This document shows, piece by piece, positions 24,936 to 54,000 of a stretch of DNA of 64,000 nt. The notes below the pieces were generated by a model. The model searched no databases, was not told where the DNA came from, and saw only the letters and a list, made by a program, of their open reading frames with translations. The number at the start of each line of letters is the position of its first letter. Positions within the stretch are counted from its first letter, which is position 1. Source of the stretch: the human T2T-CHM13v2.0 reference genome, Homo sapiens; NCBI RefSeq assembly GCF_009914755.1, contig NC_060934.1; one strand, written 5' to 3'. Made by a program: the position numbers and the translations under genes.

Positions 24936-25484
24936 ACAGACTGATTTGAGAAAAGATAAGATTTACAGCACAAAGATGTTTCCTGCAACTTTATAATAGA
25001 GAAAAGCTAGGAAAAGCTAACATTTAGGGAAATGGTTACAGTATGGTACAACTGCATAGTGAAATACTTTGCAGCCACTACAAAGTTCATGAAGCATTAT
25101 GATGGGAAAATGTTTAATATATATCAACTGCTGAAAACAAGACACGCATCTGTGCTTAGAGTGTAACTAAGACCTATGCAAGGATGTATACATATGTAAA
25201 CAAAAACCAATGAACATGTACCTAAAGGTTAACGGAGGTTCTAAGTGGTGAAATTACAGATGATGTGCATTTTCCTCCTTATGTTCTTGGAACTTGTCAA
25301 AGGCCCACACTAGTTTTAAAATGAGAAACAAAGAAATACAGTGGAGTCAAGGGATGCGGTGCTAGTGTCAATGTCCACGTTAAACGTGCACATGACGTGG
25401 GCGCCTTGGGATGTATAAACAGAGCGTTCAGAATGCAAAAGGGATAAAACAGCTCATTTTACTCATCAGCCAGGTCCTTTATCT

Positions 25485-25809
25485 CAGGGGTCCCCAACGC
25501 CCAGGCCGTGGACCAGTACTGGTTCATGGCCTGTTAGGAACCGGGCCACAACATAGGAGGTGAGGGGTGGATGAGTGGGCATTACCGCCTGAGTTCCGCC
25601 TCCTGTCAGATCAGCAGTGGCATCAGACTCTCACAGGAGCGCGAACCCTATTGTGAACTGCACATCTGTGTGTTCCCTATGAGAATCTAACTAATGCCTG
25701 ATGTTCTGAGGTGGAACGGTTTCATACTGAAACCATCCCCACTCCGGTCCATGGAAAAATGGTCTTCCATGAAATGGGTCCTTGGTGCCTAAAAGGTTGG
25801 GGACCACTG
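25485..25809. mobile_element. MER1B-like hAT-Charlie DNA transposon with intact 8-bp TSD
   Basis: TIRs caggggtccccaac ... gttggggaccactg; TSD ctttatct at 25477-25484 and 25810-25817. Confidence 0.88.
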
Positions 25810-26040
25810 CTTTATCTGATTTTGGCTCTAAAATTTAAGGGGACATAATCAAAATGCTAAATGTGAACTGTGAGAAAAGGAATTTGTCTGTGATTTGGTA
25901 TAACAGTTAACACTGGACAGATAAAAACCATGTGATGAAGCCCAATAAGGAAAACACACAAATGACACCAGCAATCTTCCCGCTCTTCCACTTCCACACA
26001 CACCAAACTCCCCTAATTCCCACCAGGATACAGCACTTAC

Positions 26041-26164
26041 ACTGTGGAGATGAGATGTAATATAAGGTATTCAGCAGCCAAACTATCCCCCAGAAGGGCA
26101 TGAGTAAGGAACCCAAGAAGTTCTGCTCTGACTGGAGACAATTCGGACATGAAACTTGAAACAA
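26041..26164 (-). CDS. MCMBP: MCMBP exon 10, [10 protein letters not shown]...HLISTV
   Basis: ttcag| ... AGT|gtaagt; 124 nt. Confidence 0.94.
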
Positions 26165-26336
26165 CTGAAGGAGAAAGGAAGACCTGAGTCAGGACACACA
26201 CTCCAGTTCCTCTCAAGTGTCTTAGGTAAAAAAATAACTACGTGAGCAAAGCACAATTCAGTCGACAGTAGGTAAAGCTTAACATATCCGTCAGTAAGTG
26301 ATGCTAATCTTAAAAATAAGGCAGTTTGCATCCTCC

Positions 26337-26620
26337 TTTTTTTTTTTTTGAGACCAAGTTTTGCTCTTTTTGCCTAGCCTGGAGTGCAATGGTGCCATCT
26401 CAGCTCACCGCAACCTCTGCCTCCAGTTCTCCTGCCTCAGCCTCCCGAGTAGCTGGGATTACAGGCACACGCCACCACACCTGGCTAATTTTGTATTTTT
26501 AGTAGAGCCAGGGTTTCACTATATTGGCCAGGCTAGTCTCGAACTCCTGACCTCAGGTGATCCACCCACCTTGGCCTCCTAAAGTGCTAAGATTACAGGC
26601 GTGAGCCACTGCACCCAGCC
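26337..26620 (-). mobile_element. AluS element
   Basis: Antisense Alu dimer with poly(T). Confidence 0.9.
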
Positions 26621-26815
26621 TTGTATACTCTTTTGTCCTCATTTCAGTGAAGAGAATTAATGTAAGAGAAAAATGGGGCAACGAGAGAGAGATTACTGAA
26701 AACACTTATTGTGAGGAATGAAGACCTGACTCTCAATTCCACTATGAGCACGTTACAGGCAGCTCTGGACACACTGAGGCTAACAGTCGATAGTTGACTA
26801 GGCTGTAACACTTAC

Positions 26816-26994
26816 ACTTACAGGTTTTGCTCTCCTCTTTGTTAAGGCAGGCAGGCAATAATGGGTTGATGTGTTGCAACTTCTGGGCTAAGATCACATG
26901 AATTCTCGGCACTAATGAAGCAGGAGGACTGTGTACTCTCTGCTCCTCTGCTGTGTCTGTGCACTCCATCGGATCCAGCAGTGCAGAGGCATCC
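26816..26994 (-). CDS. MCMBP: MCMBP exon 9, [10 protein letters not shown]...EESKTCK (alternative donor at 26822 drops CK)
   Basis: cacag| acceptor; tandem donors ACCT|gtaagt|gtaagt. Confidence 0.94.
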
Positions 26995-27197
26995 CTGTGG
27001 AGAGGTGATAAAGTTTCAATTTAGAGAGACATCAATTGCACAGATGCAAAAATAATGTGCATCTTGGAAAACAAAATTAGAGTTAAAGCCAAGAATATTT
27101 CCACCTGTACATCTCCTTAAAGAACAGAAAGTGGCCTCTCATTCTAAAGTGTTACATCACACAGACTTCAGGCTTGTTAAGACATATCATGAAATAA

Positions 27198-27587
<390 letters not shown>

Positions 27588-28141
27588 TAAGGCTATTTCA
27601 AAACACAGGTACTCCTTGAACTATTGGCCGGGACATCGAATACTTGACAGCAGATCTCAAAAACTGGGGTCTTTTTCTCAAAAGCCATCTGGTATCTATT
27701 ATTCAGCGTGTGGAGAATCCATTCATCTCTTATCTTTCTAATTGTTTTTCCTAAATTTAATTCTTACATGATCCCTCGAAGACTGAGTAGACAAGCAATG
27801 AAAGTATGAATTTTTCAGACTTGCTAAATAAATCTGCAGATGATAGATTTGTGAGACGACCAAAACAAATAGCTAATCTTTTAGATCTTGACTTTATAGA
27901 ATCTATAGACACTGAAGTAATAAATTCATACTCCTGTATTTTTTAATACAAGCATAATAACCTTTTCCATAGTACGTACCATGTGACAGACAACGTTCAA
28001 TGCCTTACACGTACAAATTCACCAAAACCTCACATCTACCCTTATTTACAATGAGGAAACCAAGCCCAAGGTGACATAGCTAGTAAGAGGCCAAGTCAGG
28101 ACTCCAACCCAGGCTGCCTGCCTGTCTGTGCTCTTAACCTC

Positions 28142-28654
28142 TGTGATGGTTAATACTTTGTCAATCTGACTGGATTGAAGGATGAAAATTATTGTTCCTG
28201 GATGTGTCTGTGAGGGTGTTGCCAAAGGAGATTAACATTTGAGTCAGCGGGCTGGGAGAGGCAGACCCACCCTCAGTCTGGGTGGGCAGCATCTAATCAG
28301 CTGCCAGCATAAAGGCAGGCATGTAAAGAGCAGACTGGCTGAGTCTTCCGCCTCCACCTTTCTCTCATGCTGGATGCTTCCTGCCCTCAAACATCAGACT
28401 CCAAGTTCTTCAGCTTTTGGACTCTTGGACCTACACCAGTGGTTCACCAGGAGCTCTTAGGCCTTCAGCCACGGACTGAAGCCTACACTGGTGGCTTCCC
28501 TACTTTTGAGATTTTGGGACTCAGGCTGGCTTCCTTGCTCCCCAGCCTATTGTGGGATTTTACCTTGTGATCATGTGAGTCATTCTCCTAATAAACTCCC
28601 CTTCATATATTCATCTATCCTATCAGTTCTGACCCTTTAGAGACCCCTAATACA
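28142..28654. mobile_element. MLT2-type (ERVL) solo LTR with 5-bp TSD
   Basis: TG...CA ends (tgtgatggttaatact ... ccctaataca); TSD acctc at 28137-28141 and 28655-28659. Confidence 0.85.
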
Positions 28655-28959
28655 ACCTCTAAACTAAACTACATCAATAGTGAAGTAACTAAAGCAGGAA
28701 AGTCATCACAATCAGAAATTGCCAAGATGAACAATCTCATATACTATTATTAAGGGACGGTTAAGCTTATTTAAAGTTGTTTAAAATTTTTGTTTTGTAC
28801 CATTTTTTTTTAACTGTGAAAAATGTTAAGTTCATCCTACACAGAAACTAAGATGATTAATGTCCGGTATTCAACAAGAGGACTCTGGTGTAGATGAGGG
28901 ACATCAGCCCTTGCTTTTGGCAATCTCAAAACAAAACAAAAATGAATGAGGAAGGTCTA

Positions 28960-31150
28960 GATTTCCAAGATATGTTGTTAATAAAAAAAATTAAAAAGTG
29001 TAAGAGTATATATACCATGTTACCTTTTATAGAAGAAAAAGGTAGAAATAAAATGTATACGTATCTTCATATTTTTGTAAAAAAATAAATACAGGAAGGA
29101 TAAACCAGAAACTGTGGTTCCCTAAGGAGGCTGGGTGGGAACAGACAGCAGGAATGGGGATAGCCGAGAATGACACCTCTGAGAATCTTTCTAAGTAAAA
29201 TAAATAATGAAATCACACTGAAGGGGAAGAAAAGTTACCTGAGTAACTGGAACATAGCTCTGACTACACAGCTGCATTCTAAAATAAAAATGAACTGGAA
29301 ATGTATTGAACTCTAATTACTAGGTTTCTGTTTTGTAGTGGTATGGGTTACCAATTCTGAAATTCCCTTCTGTATATGGTAGAAATGGGGAAACAACAGA
29401 TTGTGAATAATGGGAATCAAATTTGTTAGAAAAGGAAGTCATAAATATAGAAAGGAGAACAACTAGAACATGTGACTCCTGCTGTGCTGAACTGGAATCA
29501 GAAATATGAACCCATGGTTTTTCACAGACATTAGAAATACACAAAACATGCATGTGAGTGTGTATGTGTGCATTTAAATGTGGGTGCGTATATATGTATC
29601 CATATGCTGCATGTATCCTAGCTCTGTCTACTTTAAGGGCCTAGATGCAAATCTAATCCAGTACCAACGAGCACATCTAGGACTCAGATCTTCAAAGCAT
29701 ACGATGAAGCTGCAACAGCTTAATATGCCAGAAAATAAATGTTAAAAAATGATAACATCATCTCAAAAAAAGGACCCGGCACCTGCTTAAAGTGGCTCCC
29801 ACTAGCCAAATCTGGGAAAATTTGGGTCTCGAAATAAAATAATGATATTAACATTGAATAAAATCAGAATCTATTAGTCTATACTAAATATAAGTAAATA
29901 CATTACTTGAATAAACAAATGGAAGAGGTATCTTTTATAGTAGAATGCCAATAAATAAATGTACTGCGTTAGAAAATTGCCAAAAAAGTAATAACTGATT
30001 CAAGCAAGAATCATCAATGAATGCTAAAATAAATTGGTGAAAGTTTAATGAGAAACTGGATATTTATGTCCCCAAGTACCTTCCTCCAAGTTACTTGTCA
30101 ATTACAAAGTGAGAAATGTAACTTTACAGAAGAGACATCTGGAAGTCACCACCTTAACCAACTAATGAAAATTAACCTCACCAGTAAAGGGACAAACTGA
30201 CATCGCATGCCTCCTGCTGTAACATACTGAGGATACATCAATTCTGTAATATTCCTGCCAAAAATGCAAAACATTGAGTCTAACCATGAGGAAACAAGTA
30301 ACTGGTAACTGGCTTACACTCTTCAAAAGCATCAAGGCTGTCTGCTCTCTACCACGTGAGAAGACAGCCATCTGTAAACCAGGAAGCGGGCCCTCACTAG
30401 AAACCAGATCTGCTGGGAACTTGATTTTGGACTTCCCAGCCTCCAGAACTACTGGAAGACATATATTTCTGTTGTTTAAGGAAAAAAAAAAAGTGGCAAG
30501 ACCATGAAAGACAAAGGCTGAGGACTGTTTCAGATTGAACTCTAGTTATTTAGGTTTATGTTTTGTAAAGGTATGAGTTAACAATTCTGAAATTCCCTTC
30601 TCTATGTTGTAAAAATGTGCAAATGATAAGATTGTGAAAAATGGGAATCAAGTTTAAGAGAGTTACACTAATACAGAAAGGAGAACAAGCAGAACGACAC
30701 CTGTGGTGCTGAACTGGAATCAGAAATACAGTATGAACTCAGTAGAAATAGAGAATGAGCGAGCTTCTGAACCCTGGACTGGGGGATGCAGAAGGGAGAC
30801 GTGTAAGAAAGAACATGATTAAGACAATTAGTGAAATTAAGTATAGATTGTGGATTAGTGTATTGTATATTTGTGGCAAATTTCCTAGTTTTGATACCTG
30901 TACTCTAATTATATATGAGAAAGTCAGTACTCTTAGGAAATGTTGACAAGCAGTTAGGGGTAAAAGGGCTTGATTTCTGCAACATACTTTCAAGTGTTTC
31001 AGAAAAATGTGTGCATAGAGAGCACAAATGAATGACAAAACACATGGGGTGCAAGTGTTTACAACTGGTACATCTGGGAGAAAGGGAAAAGGGAGTTCTT
31101 TAAAACCATCCTGTAACTCTCCTGAAAACTTGAAATTATATAAAAATAAA
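28960..31150 (+). mobile_element. Degraded L1MC/MD 3' region fragments with a MaLR piece (about 30340-30480)
   Basis: L1 3' UTR-like motifs; MaLR motif gacttcccagcctccagaact. Confidence 0.55.
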
Positions 31151-31180
31151 GGAGACCAAAAAAAGAGCACACAGACTCAC

Positions 31181-31281
31181 CTTTCATCATTATTCAGTAT
31201 ACTCAGCACAGGATCCACAGACAGTATGCCATATAGCTCAAGAATGTCATTTACTTTGAAACAATCCCAATCTTCATAAAC
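31181..31281 (-). CDS. MCMBP: MCMBP exon 8, [10 protein letters not shown]...ILNNDER
   Basis: gttag| ... AAG|gtgagt; 101 nt. Confidence 0.94.
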
Positions 31282-31881
31282 CTAACAAGAGACCACATGA
31301 AATCACACTGTTAGAACAGACACAAAGCTTAAGATATTAGTCTTGAAGTACCAATATCTTGGAATTTTAGATCAGGAAACAGACCTTAAAGCAAGTCCTT
31401 TATTTTATAAATTTTTATAAATTGAGACCAAGAGTCATTCTGCTAGTTAGCAAATAAGTGAAAAACCAAAACACAGGATGCCTAACTTCCAGACTAATGT
31501 CTGTTTTCAATATACCACAGTACTACAAAAAAAAAAGGCTTTTCCTAAAATTAAAAAAAGCCTTTTCCCAAAGGCTGACAGTTAAAACTAGAACTGTGCA
31601 CTATCTCAAAACCTATTAAACCACACCAAGAAAAGGAAAAAACAAAAACAAGATGATTAACTTTGCATTTATTCATAAACTGCAACATCGGATTAACACA
31701 AAACTTGGAATGGCCAGAAGATTTTTCACAATTTAAAAAAAAAAAAAAACCTTTCAAAATTGTCTGTCATGATGGACTTAGTAATAGTCAAGGCCATTTA
31801 CTGATTAGACCTGGTAGAAGCAAGGCAGGGGAAAAAATGGTAATTTTGGTCCCTGTGCCATATGACTTAAGTGTCATTTCA

Positions 31882-32200
<319 letters not shown>

Positions 32201-32499
32201 CCCAAAAACAAAAAAACCCAAAATGCACAAAGAATAAGGATAGAAATCCTTAACAATCATTTCTGAACCTTCTATCACTTGCTCATTTATCAGGATCAAA
32301 ACACTAGAATAAGTAAGATGGAAGAACAAACTATTAAAAGTTTTCTTCCTTCTGTTTTATTTTAAATATAAGTGAAAAATAGGTTTTGCTGAGAGAAGGA
32401 AGAAGACAAAAATGAAGAAGATATTATGTTAGAAATGATACAGGAAGGGAACAGACATAATTTAAAAGTTGTTCTGCTTCTGCATTTGAGATGTTCTTC

Positions 32500-32900
32500 G
32501 ATTCTTTTAACTTGTTAGCTTACATGCAAAAGGAATGTGCAGGTGTGATTAAATTAATAACCTTGAAATGGGGGGGATTATCCTCGATTAACTGGCTGGG
32601 CCCCATGTAATCACACGGATTCTTAAAATTGGGGAAACTTTCTTGGTTGTGGTCAGATGAGATGTCAACATGAAAAAAATGGTCAGACAAATGCAATGTT
32701 GCTGGCTATGAATATGGAAGAAGGAGCCACAAGGCCAAGGAAATTCTCCCTTAGGGGCTCCGAGAAAGGAATGTAGCCCTGCTGGCACCTCGAGTTTACC
32801 CCAGTGAGACCATGTTGGATTTCTGACCTAAAGCCTGTAAGATGATAAACTTTTGCTGCTTTAGGCTATTAAATTTGCAGTGATTTGCTATAGCTAGCCC
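32500..32900 (+). mobile_element. MLT1 (MaLR) LTR fragment
   Basis: ggattatcct...gggccccatgtaatcac, ccagtgagaccatgttggatttctgacc motifs. Confidence 0.65.
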
Positions 32901-32992
32901 AGCACAAGGGAACAAATGCAAATGCTCAGACACTAAGCTACTTTCTGAGACACATAACATTTCAGTGTTGGATCTACGAAAGGTTTTATTAC

Positions 32993-33144
32993 CTTCACAA
33001 GGCATGCAGGGCCCTTCTCTCCTGGCAATGGAAAATTCAAATCAAAAGGAGAAGACAAGTTCAGAGAGTTCAGCTGTTGCCCAGTAGAAGCTTCAGTTTC
33101 TAAACGTTTTGGCTCTCCACACCATTGAAGACCACCAACACTCC
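32993..33144 (-). CDS. MCMBP: MCMBP exon 7, [10 protein letters not shown]...PACLVK
   Basis: tttag| ... AAG|gtaata; 152 nt; in ORF 32933-33169. Confidence 0.95.
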
Positions 33145-34035
33145 CTAAATTCAAAGGATAGCATTGCACTTAGTCATTTCTAAGGCCTCCTGGAGAAAAA
33201 GAACATTCCATAAGTGCCTTTCAAGTTTGATATACGTGATGCTTCTGAGCTTGCAAAGTTCAAGTTGTTACAGTTTTTAAGGAAACAGCACATACTAACA
33301 AAGTCTTTTGTTTGATCTGTAAGAGGACAAAGATAAACATGAAGATCTAAAAATTTTACTTTTTTTTCCCTTACTGTAAGATATCAACAAATTCCTCCCA
33401 TCAAATCTCATGTATAACCAGTTTCAAAAGTTGATTTGCAATATGGTTACTTTGACATCTTTGATTTAAGGAATACATGGTCTACCGACAGCAAAACTCC
33501 TTGGTAGAACATACTTTTTCTATTAATTAAGCAGAATAAAACCATACAGCAATAAATTAATTTACCAAATACTTATTAATATCCAGTATGTACCAGGAAT
33601 CAAACCAGTTGTTGGGGATATACAGGTCATTAAAAGAATAACCCCAACTCCTGAAGTAGTTACACTTTAGGGCTGATAACATGAGAATCAAATTATAGCC
33701 TGCCATACCACGAAACACCACTCAGCAATAAAACGGACAAACTACTGATACATGCAACAATTGGGATGGATCTCAAGGGAATTGTGCTGAAGAAAAGACA
33801 ATCCCCAAAGTTTATGTAATATACAATTCCATTCTTAAAATGACAAAATTATAAGAGATGGAGAAGAGACCAGTGGTTGCTAGGGTCTAGAGACTTCTGG
33901 GGACGGAGGAGGCAGGAGAGTGGTAGTTAGGAGCATAAAAGGGCAACATGAGAGATCTGGGTAATGAAATATTCCCGATTTTAACTGTGGTGGTGGTCAC
34001 ATGAATCTACCTATGCGATAAAACTGCAAAGAACA

Positions 34036-34351
<316 letters not shown>

Positions 34352-34426
34352 TCAATATCCACTTCCTGGTTATGACATTCTACTATAATTACGTAAGGTA
34401 TTACCACTGGGGGAAGTAGAGGCTAA

Positions 34427-34736
<310 letters not shown>

Positions 34737-35011
34737 TCTCTGTATTATTTCTTACAACTGCATGTAAGTCTATACTGTGTCAAAATAAAAAGTTTAAAAA
34801 TATGTATAGCCTAAAACATTGACTAAACACCAACAAGTGTTACTTTATATAAATAAAGTACTCAAATGCATAAAAAGCCTGCATTAAGACATTCAAACAA
34901 GAATGGTAAGAAATAAAAAGTAGCATCAACTGCTTAAGTGATAAGAGAATTAACATATTTCCTGGACTTAAATACACACTCGAATATATTACAATATATA
35001 AGTTACTATGA

Positions 35012-36260
<1,249 letters not shown>

Positions 36261-36611
36261 AATTAAAAAGAAAATGAGAAAGCATGTTTTCAGATAAAAA
36301 TAACTCATTTTTAGGGTAAAGTACCAGGCTTCTGTATTAAAAATAAATATGAAGATAGAAAAGACCTTTCCAGATAGTCACTTGAGACTCCAAACACATA
36401 CATCAGAGCAGCCACTTGTCACAAAGTGATGCCTAATTGCTCATTTGTGAAGCACAGTCTCATCAGAGTACTGTAAAAACTCTCAACATGTCTGTAACTC
36501 TGATAAATTGCCAGCTCCTAAATATAGAGCTATATTATGTAACAATTCACTCTGAAAACCAATCTACTGTAAGAGAGCAAAGTCTAGAGAAAACCTGTTG
36601 GCACACACTAC

Positions 36612-36756
36612 CTGCTTGTCTGGCACCTGCATGTTGGTCTTTCTGCTTATTGGGCTGTAGGTCCATATCGTCATCATCTTCATAACTCCTCTTGTGGCGA
36701 CTAGGAGTGTAGGATGTTGAGGGACTGACTCGAGCTTGGTTTGCATTAACATAGGC
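36612..36756 (-). CDS. MCMBP: MCMBP exon 6, AYVNANQARV...AGARQA (preceded by an AC acceptor)
   Basis: tttaac| acceptor; CAG|gtagtg donor; 145 nt keeps frame. Confidence 0.93.
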
Positions 36757-40894
<4,138 letters not shown>

Positions 40895-40996
40895 TTCTTT
40901 TACCCACGTAGATTCCCCAGGCACCGGAACACAATAGAAAGTCTGTCTTTCCAAAGTGGTATTTCGTGGAGAGTTTAAATCAAGTTCTTGTTGAGG
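40895..40996 (-). CDS. MCMBP: MCMBP exon 5, [10 protein letters not shown]...STWVKE
   Basis: cacag| ... GAA|atatcc; 102 nt. Confidence 0.94.
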
Positions 40997-42440
40997 CTGT
41001 GATATACATAAAAAGTGTTTTTAAAAATTTACTTTAAAAAACCCAAAATTTATTTTAAAATTAGCAACCACATTTTCACATTATAACACCACAGCAAATA
41101 TTTTACAGATTAATTAACAAGTAACTAATTCCAAACTATTACTTTTTAAAAGAAAATGGATATAAAATCACTTCAAATACTGTCATCAAACACTTCCTCC
41201 CTCAAATCCAGAAAAATGGGACCTCTGGAGTGACTTATAATCTGGGTCTAGTTCTCTGCTTTGTGGATCTAGAACCTTACTTTTATGATGTTATCTAGGC
41301 CTTTTTATATTCTTAGAGTCTAACTCTTGGCTTATCCAAACCTTAGGAAACTGATTTATCAAACCCCAATATCAGTCCGTTAATTCACAACAGAAGTTGT
41401 TGCTCATTAAATATTCTAGTTCAGTAGGCAGATCTGGACAGAAAAATTGCCCTAATTTGGAAGGTTACTGCAAAGATTATATTAAACAAAAATGTAACTT
41501 CTGACAATTATTTAGAGTAATGAACTCATTTGAAAGATAGATTTGTGTAACCTTACACATGATGAACTTCAGGTCTGTTTTTCTTTTAGAGTGTTTCCAT
41601 AAAATAAACACTGTGCCAAGCCTAATGGATCAACTGTATTAATGATTACAGTATCCCTTGTTTAAGGAGTCCTAACACATTAGGCTAATATATTACATTA
41701 CTGTATACCATAAAAAGCTGTGTATTAATGTAACTCGGTAATCCCAGCATCTGGAAATGGGTCAATAAAATAGATGAGGCTGTCCATGTGTGACACTACC
41801 AAAGGCTAACAGAGAGTTGGTACACATGTTGCTCAAGAGTCATAAATAAAAGACTCATTCTAGGAGAAAGGTACCTTAGGCCTAGAAAGAAAGGCAAACA
41901 AAAAAATCCTTGCTTGTATGTATTAGGCTCAAATTTGATGTCTCCTGGGTCCTTTCCACTTCTTAGAGTTTTCTAAGTATATCTGAAAGAGAACATGCCT
42001 TTCCTAGGGAATAATATATGACTTTTGAATCTCATCTCCGAGCTACCTAGGAATGAATATTTCATTAAATTTCTGTATTATAGGCTGATTCTGACAGCTT
42101 TCTATGAAAGAAACAGTGAGATTACCATTGGCTTTGTCTTTGAAGGAATTAAAAAGGATTTAATTTTGCAACCTAGGGTTCTTTGTTTTACATATATTAT
42201 ATACAGATATTGGAGAGAGGAATTAATTTTGGCATTAACAGTATTTCCCCTTCAAAAGATCTTTAGAGGATTAAAAAAAAGTCACATCAAACTCCTAAAT
42301 AAAACCAAATAAGGAAAACATTTCACATGATTTCTTGTAACTTATACACAAGATAAATAAATTTAAGATTAGCTAAACAAATTCTCTGTTTAGGAAAAAA
42401 TTCTTACTAAAAATGTTTCATATATATTAAAGATACATAC

Positions 42441-42482
42441 CCCACACTCTGCTACATCTCTATATTTTCCAAAATGAAGAAC
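42441..42482 (-). CDS. MCMBP: MCMBP exon 4, VLHFGKYRDVAECG
   Basis: catag| ... GGG|gtatgt; 42 nt. Confidence 0.93.
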
Positions 42483-42597
42483 CTATGACCCCAAACATAG
42501 AAAAACAGAATTATATCAATATATCTGAACCAAAACTACCACCAACAGTAAAAGGACAAAATTAATACCACAAATTCATGAAAACAGCAATACTTAC

Positions 42598-42738
42598 ATG
42601 TGCTTTTGTGTTTTGGTTAACCGTTTCATAAACTCCCATGTAAAACTCAGGGTCAAACATATCCTGAATCATGCAACGAAATTTCACAAAACTATTAGGT
42701 TTCAAATAATGAAGGGGAACTTCGTTCAGTGATGGTAC
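42598..42738 (-). CDS. MCMBP: MCMBP exon 3, [10 protein letters not shown]...QNTKAH
   Basis: ttaag| ... CAT|gtaagt; 141 nt. Confidence 0.94.
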
Positions 42739-42832
42739 CTTAAAGGAAAATAATCAAGTCAGTCAACTAAATATCCTGTCTATACAACATTAAGCATATA
42801 TACACAAACTTTATATCCAGACTCAAACTGTT

Positions 42833-42860
42833 ACACACACACACACACACACACACACAC
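42833..42860 (+). repeat. (AC)n microsatellite
   Basis: acacac run. Confidence 0.92.
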
Positions 42861-43353
42861 CCATGCCACATCAGAGAGCCAAATGATCTCAATGGTCAAT
42901 ATAATTGCTGGAACCCAAGTTCTCTTCCATTTCTTTCAAGTTTTAGATAACATTTGACCACAATGTAAAAGAATGCTAAAAAATGCTTTTCATTCAGAAC
43001 ACTTTTCAATGATCAAAAAGGCATTTACTTTGTTGAGCTCTTCTCTTAAAACTAGCACATGCCAATTCTTTTAAAATGAAGGTAATAAAACAAAGGTAAC
43101 TGACACTCTTGCAACTAAAGATTTGTCTCAGGAAGTAACAGTCAGTTACTGCCACCTAGAGGCATAATGTATAAGTATTTACATGCTTAAACTTAATTAG
43201 CAAAAGACCAAAATCTTTTAATACAAATGTACTTGAAGCAGAAGTACATTAATTTACATATTTTTAAATTACATGTGGGTTACTTAGTTACTCTACTAAG
43301 AGAAACTGTATAGTCTGTCCAACCCTCTCCCTCGAAAATAGCAATAAGCTTAC

Positions 43354-43439
43354 CCACTTAGGAGCATTATTTTCCTTCAGCTTTTCCTTAAAATACTCAA
43401 TTACTTTCTTCTCCCAGTCAGGATTAACTCCATTTTGGG
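43354..43439 (-). CDS. MCMBP: MCMBP exon 2, AQNGVNPDWEKKVIEYFKEKLKENNAPKW
   Basis: ttcag| ... TGG|gtaagc; 86 nt. Confidence 0.95.
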
Positions 43440-44879
43440 CTGAAAGAGAAATATACTTTTCAAAGCTAATGTACATGCAATATATAATAAAAGACTATGA
43501 TCAGGTGAGTCACACAATAGTTTAGTCAGCAAAAAACAAACTAAAATTAGCTACTATGATAGAATGAATTTTTAGATAGGGTGTATTTTATGCTTCAGTG
43601 TGTCTGAAGTACTGCACAAGACACATTCAAGAAGCTGTACTGAGCAGGGGAAGGGGCAGTTACAAATCAGGAGGATGCTGACCTCCTGCAGGCTCTCTAG
43701 CACCCACAGTGTAGCTGGGGACACCTACAGAATGTGCTACAAGGCCACCTAGATTCAGCAGCATATGAAGCACTGCTTGTAAAGCATTCTGTTCTTTCAA
43801 TACATTTTTATGTAGTTTTTTTATCTTTACAACTATCCTGAAATAAAGAGCCTAAGTTTTTTTGTTTATAACTTCATTTGGGAATAATTCCAGATTCAAA
43901 AAAGTTGGAAAGAACACCTGTATGCTTTGCCCCATTTGCTCCATCTCATATTTTTTCTGACTCATTTAAGTTGCAGTATCAGGTATTTTTGCCTACAAAT
44001 ATTTCAGCGTGTCTCCTAAGGAACAGTACTAACCATAGTACTGTTATCAACCTCAGGAAATTCAAAATTGGCACAATACTTTTTATTTAATCTACCATCT
44101 ATATTCCTATTTATCATATGACCCAATACTATCCCCTCTATAGCACTTTTTTCCGTTCAGTTACAGGACCCAGCTTAGGATCACTTTTGCATTTAGCTAT
44201 CAGATCTCTTTAATCTCCTTTCATATGGAATAGTTCTGCAAACTTTATATTTCATGACATTGCTATTTAAGAAGAATAAGGTCCTTTTTTAAAAATTGAA
44301 TGCTTCTCAATCTGGATCTGTTGGTTCCCTTATGATCAGATTCCAATCAAGTATAACCGAACTGCTGTTTAAACAATGTTGTCAAACTACTGTATAAGTG
44401 ATGTTTATCCTTCCAGATGTCTGAAAAGACATGATGTCCATCTTCCCTTCATTGGTGATGTTAATTTTGATCACCCAAAGTGACAGCCAATTACTCTACT
44501 GTGTAGTTACTATTTACTCCTTACAATTAACAAGCCATCTACAGCAGGCACTTATGGGAACTGGCCAAGACCAAAAAGTGAGCTATTGACGGAATACAGA
44601 TTTATGTGAACTAAAACCACCAAACCACACAGCTGGCCAATCCTGCTGTTTATATTCATCACACAAGTGTTATGAAGATTTGGAGTAAAAAATAAAAAGT
44701 CTACACTTGTTATGGAGCTGCATCTGTTGAAAAGGACCATAAAATCCTAACACCATGTTTGAGCAGGACTTCCAAACACGTTTACTTAACTGGACAAGGG
44801 CCAGTTGTGAAAAAGAAGTAGGGATGGGGGACTCCTCAGGTGATACTAATGTGTAGGCGTTAAATCCACTAACAAACTA

Positions 44880-45070
44880 GTCCTCAAAGTTGGTTCCCTG
44901 ACCAGCATCATTAGCATCATCTGAGTACTTGTTAGAAATGCAAATTATTCAGCCCAACCCCGAACCACAGAATCAGAAACTCTTAGGGGTGGGGCCTAGC
45001 AATTCATATTTTAAAAAGCCCTCTATGTGACTGACTATAATGCACATTGAAGTTTAAGAATCGCTGCTCT
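44880..45070. mobile_element. MER5A-like DNA transposon
   Basis: ctcaaagttggttccctgaccagcatcattagcatc...ttgttagaaatgcaaatt...gaatcagaaactct...aagtttaagaatcgctg. Confidence 0.7.
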
Positions 45071-45309
45071 ACTAGATACAGTGAATTGGGTAAAAGATAA
45101 GTGGGTATTTTCGCTTGTATTCAAAATGGATGTTTAAAGAAAAGACTATTACACAGCCACGACTGCCACACCAACTATTCTGCCTGCAATTGTGTAAAAG
45201 ACGTGAGAATACCACATAACAAATAGTAAAGCTACATCAAGCAGTGACTGGGGAGCAGCAAGTTATTTCTAAGTTACTTGAATGTATATAAATGCAATTT
45301 TCTTTTTTC

Positions 45310-54000
<8,691 letters not shown>

